This document shows positions 15,674-29,005 of a DNA stretch of 64,000 bases, in pieces. Position numbers and translations under genes: made by a program. Every line of letters starts with the position of its first letter. Position 1 is the first letter of the stretch. Under the pieces are notes generated by a model that saw only the letters and a program-made list of their open reading frames with translations, was not told the origin of the DNA and ran no database searches. This DNA is from Octopus vulgaris. Its lineage: Eukaryota. The stretch is taken from assembly GCA_951406725.2 (NCBI GenBank), contig OX597836.1, positions 23,994,001-24,058,000 of the forward strand, read 5' to 3'.

Positions 15674-15830
15674 TGGCCCAGTGGTTAGGGCAGCGGACTC
15701 GCGGTTTCGATTCCCAGACCGGGCGTTGTGTGTGTTTATTGAGCGAAAACACTTAAAGCTCCACGAAGCTCCGGCTAGGGGTGGTGGCGACCCTTTTTTG
15801 CATTCTTTTGTACTCTTTCGCACCAACTTT
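15674..15830 (+). mobile_element. tRNA-derived SINE (family C), partial
   Basis: Box A TGGCCCAGTGG and box B-like GTTTCGATTCC. Matches the reverse-complement copy at 38555-38845. Confidence 0.7.
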
Positions 15831-15851
15831 CTCTCACTCTATATATTTCTC

Positions 15852-15888
<37 letters not shown>

Positions 15889-16112
15889 CATCATTAAAGC
15901 TCAAGAATTACCAAACCGATTTCATTCAAATTTTACACATGCCTTACTTAGGGTCCATGCAGTGTCACAGGGTAAAAAATGTTTAAATTCTTGCTTAATG
16001 TGCGTCCGGAGCAATCTATTACAGTATTGTGTGGCAGAAGTGAAGCAATAACATCTCTATTGCAATGTGGGATAATGACTTCAACATTAATAGTGAAACT
16101 ATCAATACTTTC

Positions 16113-16184
<72 letters not shown>

Positions 16185-16201
16185 TATATATATTTGAGTA
16201 A

Positions 16202-18015
16202 AGTTTCAGCTCAGAGCTGAGGCCATGCTGATGTACCGCCGTTTTGCGCTACACTGTTATTACTAGGAGCCTCCTCTAATATGTGGCACTTGATGAAGAA
16301 TAGAGTTTGATACGGCTACCCTCATTTGCACCTCTTGCCGTGAGGTAGGCTCATCAGGGACTCTCGACAGGAAGAGGTCCAGCTTTGATTTAAAAACCCC
16401 TACATCTACTTTGTGCAAGTTCCTCAGACTCTTTGGGAGAATATTAAAAAGCTGTGGGCCCTTGAAACCCAGGATGTTGCAGTAACTGGTCCTGAAGCGT
16501 GATGGCATTGCTGGGATCTTTGGCACCATGCAATGTCGTCCCGTTCTGGCATTGGTGTAGCCTTCAATGCCAAAATTTGGCACAATTCCTTCCAGGATCT
16601 TCCAGATATATATTACTGCATACGTCTCCAGTCTTCTCTCCAGGGAGTAGAGTTTCAACCTTTCCCAGTAGCTGAGCTGTTGCAAAGAGATGATCTTCTT
16701 TGTGAATCTTCTCTGGATTGCTTCAAGGTCCGCTGTTAATCTCACACTAGTAGGTGACCATAGCTGTGAGCCATATTTCTGGCATATGGCTTGCACAGAA
16801 GACATGAAACATTCTAGTTTCGTGTCAATGTCTGGTGTGGAGAGAAGTTTCGGCCAGTCCTCTCTGAGGATCTCTTTTTGGATCGATTTCCAATCTGCTT
16901 TGTAGAAGTTCAGATTGGAGAGATTTTGGGTGCTTCCTTTAGGCTGTATGTCTCTGGTTACTTTCGGCCCAAGCATAGACAGCTCTATTATGTTGTGATC
17001 CGAGACTAATGTCGGTGTCACTTTCACATCATGAATGATGTCCATATTGTTCGTGAAGCAGAGATCCAGAATGTTATTCGCCATAGTTGGTTTGAGTACA
17101 ACTTGCTCCATGAATAAGGCATTGGTGAGGTTGAGCAGGGACTCCACCTGTGCTTGCTTGCAATGAGTCATTCCTGAGAGTATGAGACCTTCGGGCCATT
17201 TGACGTTGGGAAAGTTGAAATCACCCATAAGAACTATGGTCACGTGGTGTTCCAGATTCATGAGGATTTCTTTAATTCTTGTGAGGCAATCTTCAAACTT
17301 GCCTATGTGGTTTGGAGCATCAGGTGAGCAATATGTATTGTATATGACTATATTATGTTGTATTATGCATACCATTAGTGTCCCATACCGAATTTGAGTA
17401 TGACAGTAAGAGGTCATCACGGATGTATACAGCAACTCCACCATGGCTCCTTTCCCTTCTGTCTGTTCGCAGTATGGCATATTTTGGTACGTGTACTTCT
17501 GCGTCCTCTATGTCAAGGCTGAGGTGAGTTTCCACGAGTGCTATGCATAGGGCTTGATTGCATGCAGTAAGATCTCTCAGGAAAGAAATCTTGCTTTTAT
17601 TTTGATGCAACAGGCCCCCAATATTTAGTAAAAGTATTGGGGTGACGACTGTGCAGGCGTTAGGGGAGGCCATCCCGTGTCTGTTGACTGTGATGATCTT
17701 GTATAGTGGTGGGAAAGGTTCCTTCTTTTTGCTAGGCGCAGCTAGGTTAGCTGCTGAACAATCCTTTGCGCCATGCATAAAAAAGACTCTTGCTCAGCTG
17801 CTGCGTTGCGCAGAACATCTGAGGAGCACACTTCTTTTCTGAATGTTGTCCTGGGAGGCACTTCTTGCCTTTCCTCGCTAAAGTTCTTCTCTTTAAGACC
17901 CCTGTAGTTCTGGGGGGTGTTGGGTGGGCAAACCGGCAGTTTTTGCCGTCCTCCCCATGCCCTGCAGATAAAATTTACAGGTTCTTGGGTACCTTCTAGA
18001 TTTCTTCTTTCCTGT
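16202..18015 (-). mobile_element. CR1-group LINE with ORF1 remnant (CCCH-like zinc fingers), APE endonuclease and C-terminus; RT core deleted
   Basis: ORF 17353..17778 ends LLLNIGGL...ALVETHL...LRTDRRERSHGGVAVYIRD. ORF 16263..17480 contains MGDFNFP, ILDLCFTN and SDHNII, then SQLWSP...LYSLERR. The 3' tail is GGCGGT..CAGCATGGCCTCAGCTCTGAGCTGAAAC. Confidence 0.9.
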
Positions 18016-18030
18016 ACACCCCCCCCCCAC

Positions 18031-18090
<60 letters not shown>

Positions 18091-18091
<1 letters not shown>

Positions 18092-18476
18092 CTTATATAA
18101 AATCCGTTCTGTCTTTTGTGTGCGTGTCTTCTAGGATCTCGGGCATCATCCATGCGGTTGCGCCCAAATTTGATATGTAGATACAGACGATATCAGGGCG
18201 TGTATAAGTCTTGAAAAAATTACAAAAATCGATTCCAGGTGAGAATGTGATCGATAAAACCGTGGGAACGTGTATTTGTACGCGCAAATACACCAGCTGT
18301 TGCGATCGATACTACACGTACTCGAGAAAAATGCACGCGCAGTTTGCACAAAAAAAAAAGTCTTGAAATAATGCCACAAAATGGGATGGTCGGACAAGTT
18401 GTTTCGAGAAAATTTGATTTAAATGTTTGCCAACTCAGCACCGTCTATTGGCCGGGTGGGGGGAACGTTTTGCTCG
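18091..18476 (+). mobile_element. Probable non-autonomous Helitron
   Basis: 5' TC followed by TATATAAAA and TGTC/TGTG repeats; GC-rich hairpin-like 3' end with degenerate TGCTCGT terminus. Confidence 0.45.
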
Positions 18477-18500
18477 TATATATATATATGTTTATATATA

Positions 18501-19590
18501 TCATATCTATAAAAGGGAGGATGTGTGTGCGTGTGTGTGTGCGAGTGTGTGTACGTGATTGTAATTTATGCACGTCCAGAAATTAGCACGCATGTCGCTC
18601 AAACTTTAGTAGGACATTTGTCAACACCCTATCTGGGTTTTGTCAACTTATTTTTACCCCGAGGCACCCGTGGGTAGCGTAAATATCTATTTTCAGACAT
18701 AGCTTTTAGCCACAAAAACTATTAGCCTTAGCTAACAAAAAAAAATAAGATAAAGAAAAGTGGAAGAAGGAGGCAGAGAGTTTCACGGGAAAGACAAAGT
18801 GAGAGAAGGAGAGAGAGAGAGAGAGAGAGAGTAAGTTATGACGTTCATAAAAAATAAAATGTAAAATGTTTTGTTTTTTTGTTTTTGAAAGACACTATAT
18901 TTTATAATCATAGTATATATATATTTTCTCACACAACAATTACAATATATTTATTTTAAATCATTTATTTATTTTAAATCGTTCATCTTTCTCCCCCCTC
19001 TCTCTCACACACACATTACTTTGGGTGCGAAAGAGTTTTGTTTTTATTTTACGCCGAGTAAAAAAGGGTTTTGTTGACAATCCATTTATTTAACAACAAA
19101 GAAACAAAGATGTGAGTAACAATTTGTCAGTGAATTACACAATATAAATGGGTACAATTTGCGAGGCTTCCACCACACCCCACTCCGTTTCCCAGACCAC
19201 AAAAAGGGTTTTGAGGCCAGAGTAGTTGATTCCACGCAAAAAAAACGATTTTTTTTTCTTAGTGAAAATCGTGCGAGTGTTAATCTACAAATTTAACAAC
19301 ATTTTTTCCATTCATTTCTGTTTATAAACATGTATGCGTGCACAAAACATGCAATAGGTGTACGTACGTACGTGTGTGTATGTGTGTTCGTGTCTGTTGC
19401 CCATATATATTTATATTATATTATATATATATAATATATATAATATATAACATATATATATAATATAACTAATTTCAACGGATTTCGCCCAAATTTGACG
19501 TCTAAATTACTTAGTTTGGTTTGAAATAAAGAACTTGATTAGCTTAATAATCGTAACTTAATCCCAGACAAGGCCGGGTTATACTGCTAG
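18501..19590 (+). mobile_element. Non-autonomous Helitron
   Basis: 5' A|TC start; 3' hairpin CCCAGACAAGGCCGGG followed by ATACTGCTAG|T. Confidence 0.7.
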
Positions 19591-19594
19591 TATA

Positions 19595-19654
<60 letters not shown>

Positions 19655-19664
19655 TATGTATATA

Positions 19665-19717
<53 letters not shown>

Positions 19718-19734
19718 AATGAATAAATGGAGTT

Positions 19735-20013
19735 GAACGAAGATGTTAATAAAATTCCTTTACTTTCGACATATGTTTCGAAGACAACATGGTTTTATTC
19801 CAAAGGAATAAACGGTGTAAGATGCAATCTTCTCATCAGGAAAGAAAGAGACCCTCTCTCAACAACATGACATTATAGCAATTACGATGACTGCCTACAT
19901 GGTAAACAGAACGTTACTAACTCTCTTTCTTTCCTGATGAGTAGATTGCATCTTACACCGTTTATTCCTTTGGAATAAAACCATATTGTCTTCGAAAGTA
20001 AACGAATTTTATT
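19735..20013. mobile_element. Inverted pair of Penelope-like terminal-repeat fragments
   Basis: 19748-19851 is the reverse complement of 19922-20013, and the repeat contains a hammerhead motif. The distal end of the same repeat recurs at 44806-44850. Confidence 0.7.
19758..19848 (-). ncRNA. Type I hammerhead ribozyme (Penelope-type, minimal palindromic stem III)
   Basis: Minus strand: stem I CUUUC, CUGAUGA, stem II GAAGAU...GUCUUC, GAAA, CAUAUG, UC, then cleavage and GAAAG. All core nucleotides are canonical. Confidence 0.8.
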
Positions 20014-20231
20014 GTTTGTTCCCCCACCATCGGTTAGAAACCGATGTTTTAGTGTTTACGTCCCCATAACGTAGCATTTCGTCAGAAGATATCGATAGAT
20101 AAGCAACAGGCTTACAAAGAAGAAGTCCATGGGTCGATTACTTCAACTAAAAGGCGGTACTCCAGCATGGCTCTACTCAAATGACTTAAAGAAGTAATAC
20201 AGTAAACATATATATATATATGCGTATGTGG

Positions 20232-20342
<111 letters not shown>

Positions 20343-20343
20343 C

Positions 20344-20986
20344 ATATCTTTAACTTTTGACCTGAAGATTTAAAAAATAATTTTTGTAACGAAACACTTT
20401 CAAACTTCGGGTACTGGTAGAATGTGTCATATAAAACATGTTTTACTCTTAGCATTTTTGAGAAAAACTTATATTTACGAAGATATTTCACCTTAATTTC
20501 TCGTATTTCGGTAATTTCAACCAATCAATGAGGTGTATTCAGCTGAATACAATTACTGCTGTTGTACTGCAGTTGCTTGTAAACAAGAACGGTGTATATT
20601 TCGTTTGTCACTGTCATTTATGACAAACCTAACCCTAAAACCCTAACCCTAACCCTAAAACCCTAACCTTAACCCTAAAACATTAAAACCAGTACAAACG
20701 CACGAACAATGTCATACATAACAGTGACAAACAAAAAATACACCGCTGATAGTTGTTGTTGACAAACAACGGCAGTAATTTTATTCAGCTGAATACACGT
20801 CATTGCCTGGTTGAAATTACCGAAATACGAGAATTTGAAGGTGAAATATCTTCGTAAATACAAGTTTTTCTCAAACATGCTACGAGTAAAACGTTTTATA
20901 TGACACATTCTACCAGTTTCCGAAGTTTGAAAGTGTCTAGTTACAAAAAATTATCTTTTAAATCTGTAGGTCAAAAGGTAAAATCC
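20344..20986. mobile_element. Foldback/MITE with ~280-bp inverted arms and (CCCTAA)n in the loop
   Basis: Arms 20344-20625 and 20709-20986 are reverse complements, with telomere-type repeats at 20627-20680. Shares TACTGGTAGAATGTGTCA and the CAAAAGG..ATCC terminus with 29141-29987. Confidence 0.85.
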
Positions 20987-21020
<34 letters not shown>

Positions 21021-21063
21021 GATACACACACACACATATATATATGTGTGTGTGCTTGTGTAT

Positions 21064-21824
21064 ACTCAATATATTTCAAAGCGTCGAAATACTCCGCAGC
21101 ATATTTAGGTGCATTCATACACGCAAGATATAATTTAAAAAAAATAAATATATAATATATTTAATGTACTTGCAAGTTATATTATAATATGCGGATCGTG
21201 AGTGTATAGCGGTAATCCAAATAGATGAGGAAGTTGGTATAAAATTATTTTAAAAGGAATCCTGAGGAGGTGCAAAGTCTGACGGCCGTTTTGAGAAGAT
21301 GTAGTTGGTATGGGCGAGTTCATTCCAACCATAACAGTCATCTATATTTCTCTCGTCAGAGTTAATCTACATGATTTATAAAAGAGTTATTTAAATCTTC
21401 ATGTTTTAAGCAACATGAGAAATTTAAGAATTTTAAAAATCGAATGCTGTTTCGAAACATACTGTTCAGGCGTGTGTGTGTGATTAACTCTCATGAGAGA
21501 AATATAGATGATTTTTATGGTTGGAATTAACTCGCGCATACCAACCTATATCCTCTCAAAACGGCCGTCAGACTTTGCACCTGCTCAAAATTCCTTTTAA
21601 AATCATTTTATACCAACTTTCTTATCTATGTGGATTACCGCTATACCTTCACCATCCGCATATTTTAATATCCTCATTGATTTTAATACGGTCATGCAAT
21701 CCTGCAAGTACATTTATGTATTTTTATATAATTATATATTTGTAAATTTTTATGTTACTTCTTGTGTATATGAATGCACCTATGCTTGCTGTGGAATATT
21801 CCGACGCTTGGAAATATATTGAGT
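21064..21824. mobile_element. Second, unrelated foldback/MITE-like palindrome (~300-bp arms, ~105-bp spacer)
   Basis: ACTCAATATATTTC...GTGCAAAGTCTGACGGCCGTTTTGAG on the left is mirrored by CTCAAAACGGCCGTCAGACTTTGCAC...GAAATATATTGAGT on the right. Confidence 0.85.
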
Positions 21825-22333
21825 GAATATGAACACTGACCTTTGAAACTTGTTCTCTCTTCCTTGGTTTTATATTCCTGAGGCTCTATTAGAGCGCTAA
21901 TTAGTTGTGCTGTATAAGGAGATAATTATCCCATTTATTTCTTCATTATCTATATATTCTGCTTATTTCCGTCACAGGTCAGTGGCCATTCTGGGACACC
22001 GCCTTGAAGAATTTTTTATCAAATGAATCGAGCCCAGTACTCATTTTTTAAGTCTTAGTATTGATTTTGCCGAATCACTAAATCACGGGGACAGACCAAC
22101 ACCAGTAGTCATACGGTGGTGGGGGATAGGCACAGAGACAAAGACACATACACACATACACACCCATAAATACGCACACATAAACATACATACGATGGGT
22201 TTCTTTCAGTTTCTGTCTATCAAATTCAGTCACAAGGCATCTAAAAGATTAAATAGGAAAAATAAATATATATGCATGCGTATACATGTTTGTCTGTATT
22301 AATATGTCTCCACACACACACAAACAAACAAAC

Positions 22334-22366
<33 letters not shown>

Positions 22367-22765
22367 TCCTTCGAATTAAGAACAACTTTAGTAATATCAA
22401 CATCGTGGGCTCTACATACATAATGTATGTGTATTGTTAAACGTCCATTTGCTGCAATATAGCATCCAGGAAAAACATCCAACGCAATACTTCTCGACCA
22501 TTCGCCATTTCAGGGCGATATATATATATATATATAATAAACCTTTACATAAATAAATAACGTGAAATACACGAAGGGACGAACAAAAAGACAACGGGTC
22601 ATTCAAAGCCTTCGTTCTTCAGTCAGAAACTGATTCCTCATCGCGGATTTCGGCTATATATATATATACACACATATATGTAGGTATGTACATATATGTA
22701 TGTACATTAATATTATTATATGATCGAACGCCACGCATCCATTTCTATGTAAGTTTTATCTTTTA

Positions 22766-22820
<55 letters not shown>

Positions 22821-23004
22821 GTTGTTCTATTTTTCGAAATTTTATAAGCTATAGAGGCATCGCGTAATATCTACAGGTGAGGATAGAAAATCTTCAAACA
22901 TCAATGGAAGGTTGAGGTGAGGAAAACTAGTGGTTCAAAGTGAACATATGTGATTGATGATAAAATACGAAAATCTCTTAATAAAGACGTATTTGAAATA
23001 TTCA

Positions 23005-23620
23005 TTTTAAATTTTGGCACAAAGCCAGCAATTTCGGGGGAGGTGGTAAGTTGATTACAACGACTCCAGTTTTCAACTGATACTTATTTTATTGACTACG
23101 AAAGGGTGAAAAGCAAAATCGGCCTCGGCGAAATTTGAACTTAGAACACAAAGAAGGGCGAAATCCGCTAAACAGTTTGCCCGGTGCGGTTATGATTCTG
23201 CCAGTACCCTGGCTTGATTAATCGAAATATTCTTTTCTACTCTAGGAACAATGCACAAATTTTGCGGGGAAGGCGCTAGTCGACTATATCGACCCCAGTA
23301 CGCAAATGGTACCTAATTTATCGACCCCGAAAGGATAAAAGGAAAGGTCGGCGGAATTTAAACTCAGAACGTAAGACATATGAAATAGCTATTTCTTTAC
23401 TACCCACAAGGGGCTAAACACAGAGAGGACAAACAAGGACAGACAAACGGATTAAGTCGATTACATCGACCTCAGTGCGTAACCGGTACTTAATTTATTG
23501 ACCCCAAAAGGATGAAAGGCAAAGTCGACCTCGGCGGAATTTGAACTCAGAACGTAACGGCAGACGAAATACGGCTACGCATTTCGCCCAGCATGCTAAC
23601 GTTTCTGCCAGCTCGCCGCC
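23005..23620 (-). mobile_element. Three tandem copies of tRNA-derived SINE family B
   Basis: Repeated ATCGACCCC..AAAGGATGAAAGGCAAAGTCGACCTCGGCGGAATTTGAACTCAG. The central domain resembles the Meta/MESC SINE domain (from memory, unverified). Confidence 0.75.
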
Positions 23621-23817
23621 TTGATTAGTCGGAATACTTCAGTGTCTTGAATAAAGCACGTTTCAAAAAACAAAAAGAGCAGCTTGAATAAAAATTTATG
23701 CACGCTCTGGAACATACACATACACACAAATGATATATATATATATATATACATACACACACACAAGCATATATATATATATACATACACACACACAAGC
23801 ATATATACGCATATATA

Positions 23818-24038
23818 CCGAAACCGGGAGACTGGCCCTATGAATCTATATGACTCGGCAAGGAATTTTTATTAGCTTTACTACTTTTATACTCACACAC
23901 ACACACACACACAGAGGTTTATATGTATATATTTATGGGCGTGTTTCTCTCTATATATATATGTGTGTATATGTATGCACATGAATACATACACACACAT
24001 CTATATAATGATAAACACGCACATAAATATATACATAA

Positions 24039-24091
<53 letters not shown>

Positions 24092-24178
24092 TATGTGTGT
24101 GAGTATAAAAGTAGTAAAGATAATAAAAATTCCTTGTCGAGTCATATAGATTCATAGGGCCAGACTCCTGGTTTCCGG
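23818..24178. repeat. Local inverted duplication of a SINE end plus its flank
   Basis: GGCCCTATGAATCTATATGACTCGGCAAGGAATTTTTATT...ACAGAGGTTT at 23818-23946 is mirrored at 24013-24178. Confidence 0.85.
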
Positions 24179-24829
24179 GGCGTATATATTTCTCGCCTGG
24201 ACGGGACGCTGGTTCGTCGCAGGGTTACTCATCTTTGACAGCTGAGTGAGCTGGAGCAACGTGAAATGAAGTGTTTTGCTCAAGAACACAACGCGTCGCA
24301 CAGTCCAGGAATCGAAACTACAATCAAATAGAAGAGTCCAATACCTGAACCACTAAACCGCGCGCTTCCACCAATAAAAATATAAGCAGTTATATATATA
24401 TGCTTACATATATAGACATTTATATATACACAATACATCCACTCATATACACATATACATATATACATGTATATATATATATATATATACATATATATAT
24501 ACATGTGCATACACACACGTATGCATACACGCCCTCTTACTGATATACTAACAAGCACAATGTTAGATATAGTATTCAGAGAATGACAGAACAATATCCG
24601 AAGCATCCTATTTATAGTTTTCCATTATTTGAGACTGCAACAGTATTTTATTAAGTCAGTCCCCGTACATGTAACTATTCACATGAACTCATTCACAAAC
24701 ACCACTCTCACACACACAGAGACACACATACATTGTTACGTAAATATAAATGTAAGTATATATATATGGGGGTGTCTGTTTACATGTGTTAAATCATATA
24801 GGTATAATTTAATACGTATTTACATATAA

Positions 24830-24864
<35 letters not shown>

Positions 24865-26682
24865 AGAGTATGCATATATATATACCTATTTGTATACATA
24901 ATGCAAACACGAGTATATATGTATATATTACCAACAAGCTTCTTTCAGTTTTCGCCCATCAAATCCACTCACAAGCATTTGTTCGGCCCGGGGCTCGGGT
25001 AGAAGACTTGCCCAAGATACCACACATTTGGACTGAACCCGGTACCATGCAGTTGGGAAGCAAACATTTTACTAGAGTACCACACCTATATATGTATGTA
25101 TATGTTATATATATATATGTGTGTGAGTGTGTGTGTTTGTGTGTGCGTGTGTTATGTGTGTGTTGTGTATGTGCGTGTATTGTGTGTGTGCATGCGTTCG
25201 TGTATATATATATATATATACACATACACACATGCACATTTCTATATTGCATACGTTTGCCTGCTTTCATGTAGTTAAATGTGTATTTATATGTATATAT
25301 TTGTATGTATGATCAACTTAAATATTCAATAAGAGGATACGCATGTGTGCGTGAGTGCATTTGTGTGACTTTGTGTTCGATCATATCTGTGTGAAGGCAC
25401 ACATGCAAGTGTGCGTTTATGCGTCGATCTCCGTGTGAATACTTACATATAAGCTGTAACATAAAAAATTTATATCTAACAAACTTTACTCCATCTCAGA
25501 TTGCACAACACTATATTCCACCTGGCTTCATTTCACTTAGTTGACTTTCTATCACTGTTTCTCTGGTAAAGCTTCTTACTCTCTGTAGCTTATATATCAC
25601 ATTACTCTTGATAATAACCAGACAAATGTTTCTATATGCTGGAGAGAGACTTTAACATTATAAATTCAATAAATATGTGTGTATCTAAGTTCTCATGAGG
25701 TAAGGGTACACTTTATCCAATGGACATCTGCATGGTTTACGTCCACCTAAATTCATGCAGAAAAATTGAATCGGCCTGATATTGTACTGAACGACATTTA
25801 TCCAACATAGTACATACTAGGAAGGATCCGTTATCTCAAGAACTCTAATCGAACTTCTTAACTATTCAGATTTATGCTCACGAAAAAATGCGACTCACTA
25901 CAGATTGGAACTCTAGAATGACAGTATCTTCTGCTTTTGCCGTATTCTGATTTCTGAGCGTTAAATGGCTGGTAAAGAAGTCCTTGAAATATTCGAAGGT
26001 TGTATTGCTCGTTGTTTTTTTCTTCTTTTTTGTTCATTTGTTTATAGTATATTACAAAGAGGTCTTTCTTGAGTGGATTTTATATCATTGGGTTCTTTGT
26101 TGTCATCTATATATTTGGATCCTCAGTGAACTTGGTGAGAAAGACTGTTCATACAACTGGGAACATATCTGAACGTAAAGTCACAAACAATTATCACCAC
26201 ATCTGGGGTTTTTTTTTAGAGACTTTACTGAGAGACATCATTCAAAGGTTTTAATCTGAATATGCCGATATTTTAATGGAAATAAAACTGCAAATTTTCA
26301 TAGTAATTTGTATTCATTTTATCAGTTTTACACGCGCGCGCGCACACACACACGCATATGTGTACAAACATACGCACACACATATAAATAAAATTCAGTA
26401 CCATGTATTTGTTTTGAAAATATGTATGTGAGTGTGTGTGTATGTATATATATGTATATATATATATATGTGTGTATGTGTGTATATATATGTAAATGTA
26501 CGTAAGTACGTATATATATGTATATATGCACATATATATGTATACATACATGTGTGTATATATATGTATATATGTACATATATATGTATACATACATGTG
26601 TGTATATATATATATATATGTATATTATATGTATATATATATATATAGGTATCTATATATATGTATATGTATATATATGTAC

Positions 26683-26735
<53 letters not shown>

Positions 26736-26847
26736 TGCATATATATGTATATATATGTATATATATGTATATATATATGTGTGTATATATGTATATACGT
26801 ATATCTATATGTATATATGTATATACGTATATCTATATATATATATA

Positions 26848-26890
<43 letters not shown>

Positions 26891-27028
26891 AACAAAGAAA
26901 ATGGTGATAAGATTGAACAACAATGTATTTGCATCAATTATTATTTATTAATAATTTACAAAAAGGCTGCATCACATATATGTGTGTGTATACATATGTA
27001 CACACGTACACACACACACACGCACACA

Positions 27029-27092
<64 letters not shown>

Positions 27093-27219
27093 ATTTATAT
27101 AAATATGGATAGGATCGTTAATTTAAATATCGATCATATCAAGTGGCCAGCATGGAAATAAAGACCTTCAAAGGTAATAATTATTATTAAAATTATAATT
27201 TAGGGTATCTAAGAGATAC

Positions 27220-27267
<48 letters not shown>

Positions 27268-27506
27268 TAAAGTAAATTCGATCATTTCTGTCATTACGTA
27301 GAGATATAATGTACACTTTTCTGTCTTTTTTATCTGATATTTAGCAGGTGCCTCGTGTTAATGGATGGCAAATGCGTAACCTTGTTGCTGAAATATAATG
27401 CATGTAAAGCAGGCTCGGAGGGGTTGTCATATATATCTATTTATAAATGCATGAACATATTATTTACATACCTATTATGTATATGTATATGTGTGCGTGT
27501 GCATGA

Positions 27507-27545
<39 letters not shown>

Positions 27546-27634
27546 GTAGGATAAAATTTTCCGAAAAAAATTCTATCAATGGCCAGCATATTAAAAAATA
27601 CCTTTAAAGGTTAAATTTATAAACATTTTATAAG

Positions 27635-28070
27635 ATCCTAACCCTCTTCCGACTTCCTTTCTAGGTAGGTATAATCTTGTAACTCCTACCTTTGGGTGGA
27701 GTTTTCAATTCATATTGAATTCCTTCCTAGTTCTTCTATCTAGCTTTGCTAATTCAGTTTTTGTCCAATCTAAAGGTATGCGCTACAACCATATGTGCGC
27801 GACATGGTGACTTCATATCTAAATAAACGGCGCATGACCCAGTTAGAATTTTCGCTAAAAGGATTCTTAAATAAGGGTTGTTTATTGATGCTGAACGAAA
27901 CACCAATGTTTCAAGAGGTGAATTATTCAAACCCAAAACAATTCTTCCCAACATGTGACTATCCTTCTCCTCGACAACTTCTGCTCGTAATTAGAAACGC
28001 ACAAATCGTCGGCCAAGAAGGGATATGCTCATCTGGTTAAGGGGAAGAAATCGACAAGCAAACCTATAGC
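27635..28070 (-). mobile_element. R4/Dong-like non-LTR RT fragment (decayed)
   Basis: Minus strand reads DWTKTELAKLDRRTRK..LHPKVGVTRLYLPRKEVGRGL across a frameshift, a motif typical of RLE-type RT C-terminal regions. Confidence 0.7.
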
Positions 28071-28098
28071 ATTGAGCAGAATATTTGTTGTAGCCATG

Positions 28099-28132
<34 letters not shown>

Positions 28133-28399
28133 TGTATGTATGTATGTATGTATGTATGCATGCATGCATGTATGTATGTATGTATGTATGTATGTATGTA
28201 TGTATGTATGTATGTGTATGTATGTATTATGTATGTACGTATATGTGTGTATATATGTATGTGTATGTATGTATGTATTTATGTATGTATGTATGTATTT
28301 ATGCATGTATGTATGTGTGTATGTATGTGTATATATGTATGTGTGTATGTATGTATGTATGTATGTATGTATGTATGTATGTATGTATGCATGTATGTA

Positions 28400-28745
28400 T
28401 GGTGCCAAGTCGGCTTCGCTGGCCACAGCATTTGCTCCTTTCTCCTAGTGCTTTCACCATGCTGTTCCAAACCTTTTTCTTAAAACATCTTCCACCTGAT
28501 TGAAGGTCTTCCGAGTGTTCTCTTCCGTTCGCGCGGGTACCACTCGAGAACTGCACAGGTCTATGGATACTCTGTGAACCATGCGATATGACCAAACTGT
28601 CGTAGCTTTCCGTGTTGTCATTCTGTGACGACCTCTTCACTCCATTTCTATTCCTGATTTCCTCATTCCGTATCTGACCTCTTAGCGAGATTCCCAACAT
28701 TGACTTTCCATGGCTCTCTGCGCCGTAAACAGATGTTACTCTTCT
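28400..28745 (-). mobile_element. RTE-clade LINE 3' fragment
   Basis: SMLGISLRGQIRNEEIRNRNGVK followed by frameshifted W.GH and WYPR.R.R..GRP-like segments. Confidence 0.75.
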
Positions 28746-28789
28746 CTGTTTATCAAGGTCCAAGTCACAGGCCCATATAGCATTTATTC

Positions 28790-28957
28790 TTCTTTTTGTT
28801 TCAGTCATTTGACTGCAGCCATGCTGGAGCACCGCCTCTAGTCGAACATATCGACCCCAGAACTTATTGTTTGTATGTCTAGTACTTATTCTATCGGACT
28901 CTTTTGCCGAACCGCTAAGTTACGGGGGCGTGAACATACGAAAATCGGTTGGGGAGA

Positions 28958-29005
<48 letters not shown>

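Noticed and set aside
20627-20680. True telomere or chromosome fusion site
   Set aside because: The tracts are short, degenerate and inside foldback transposons.
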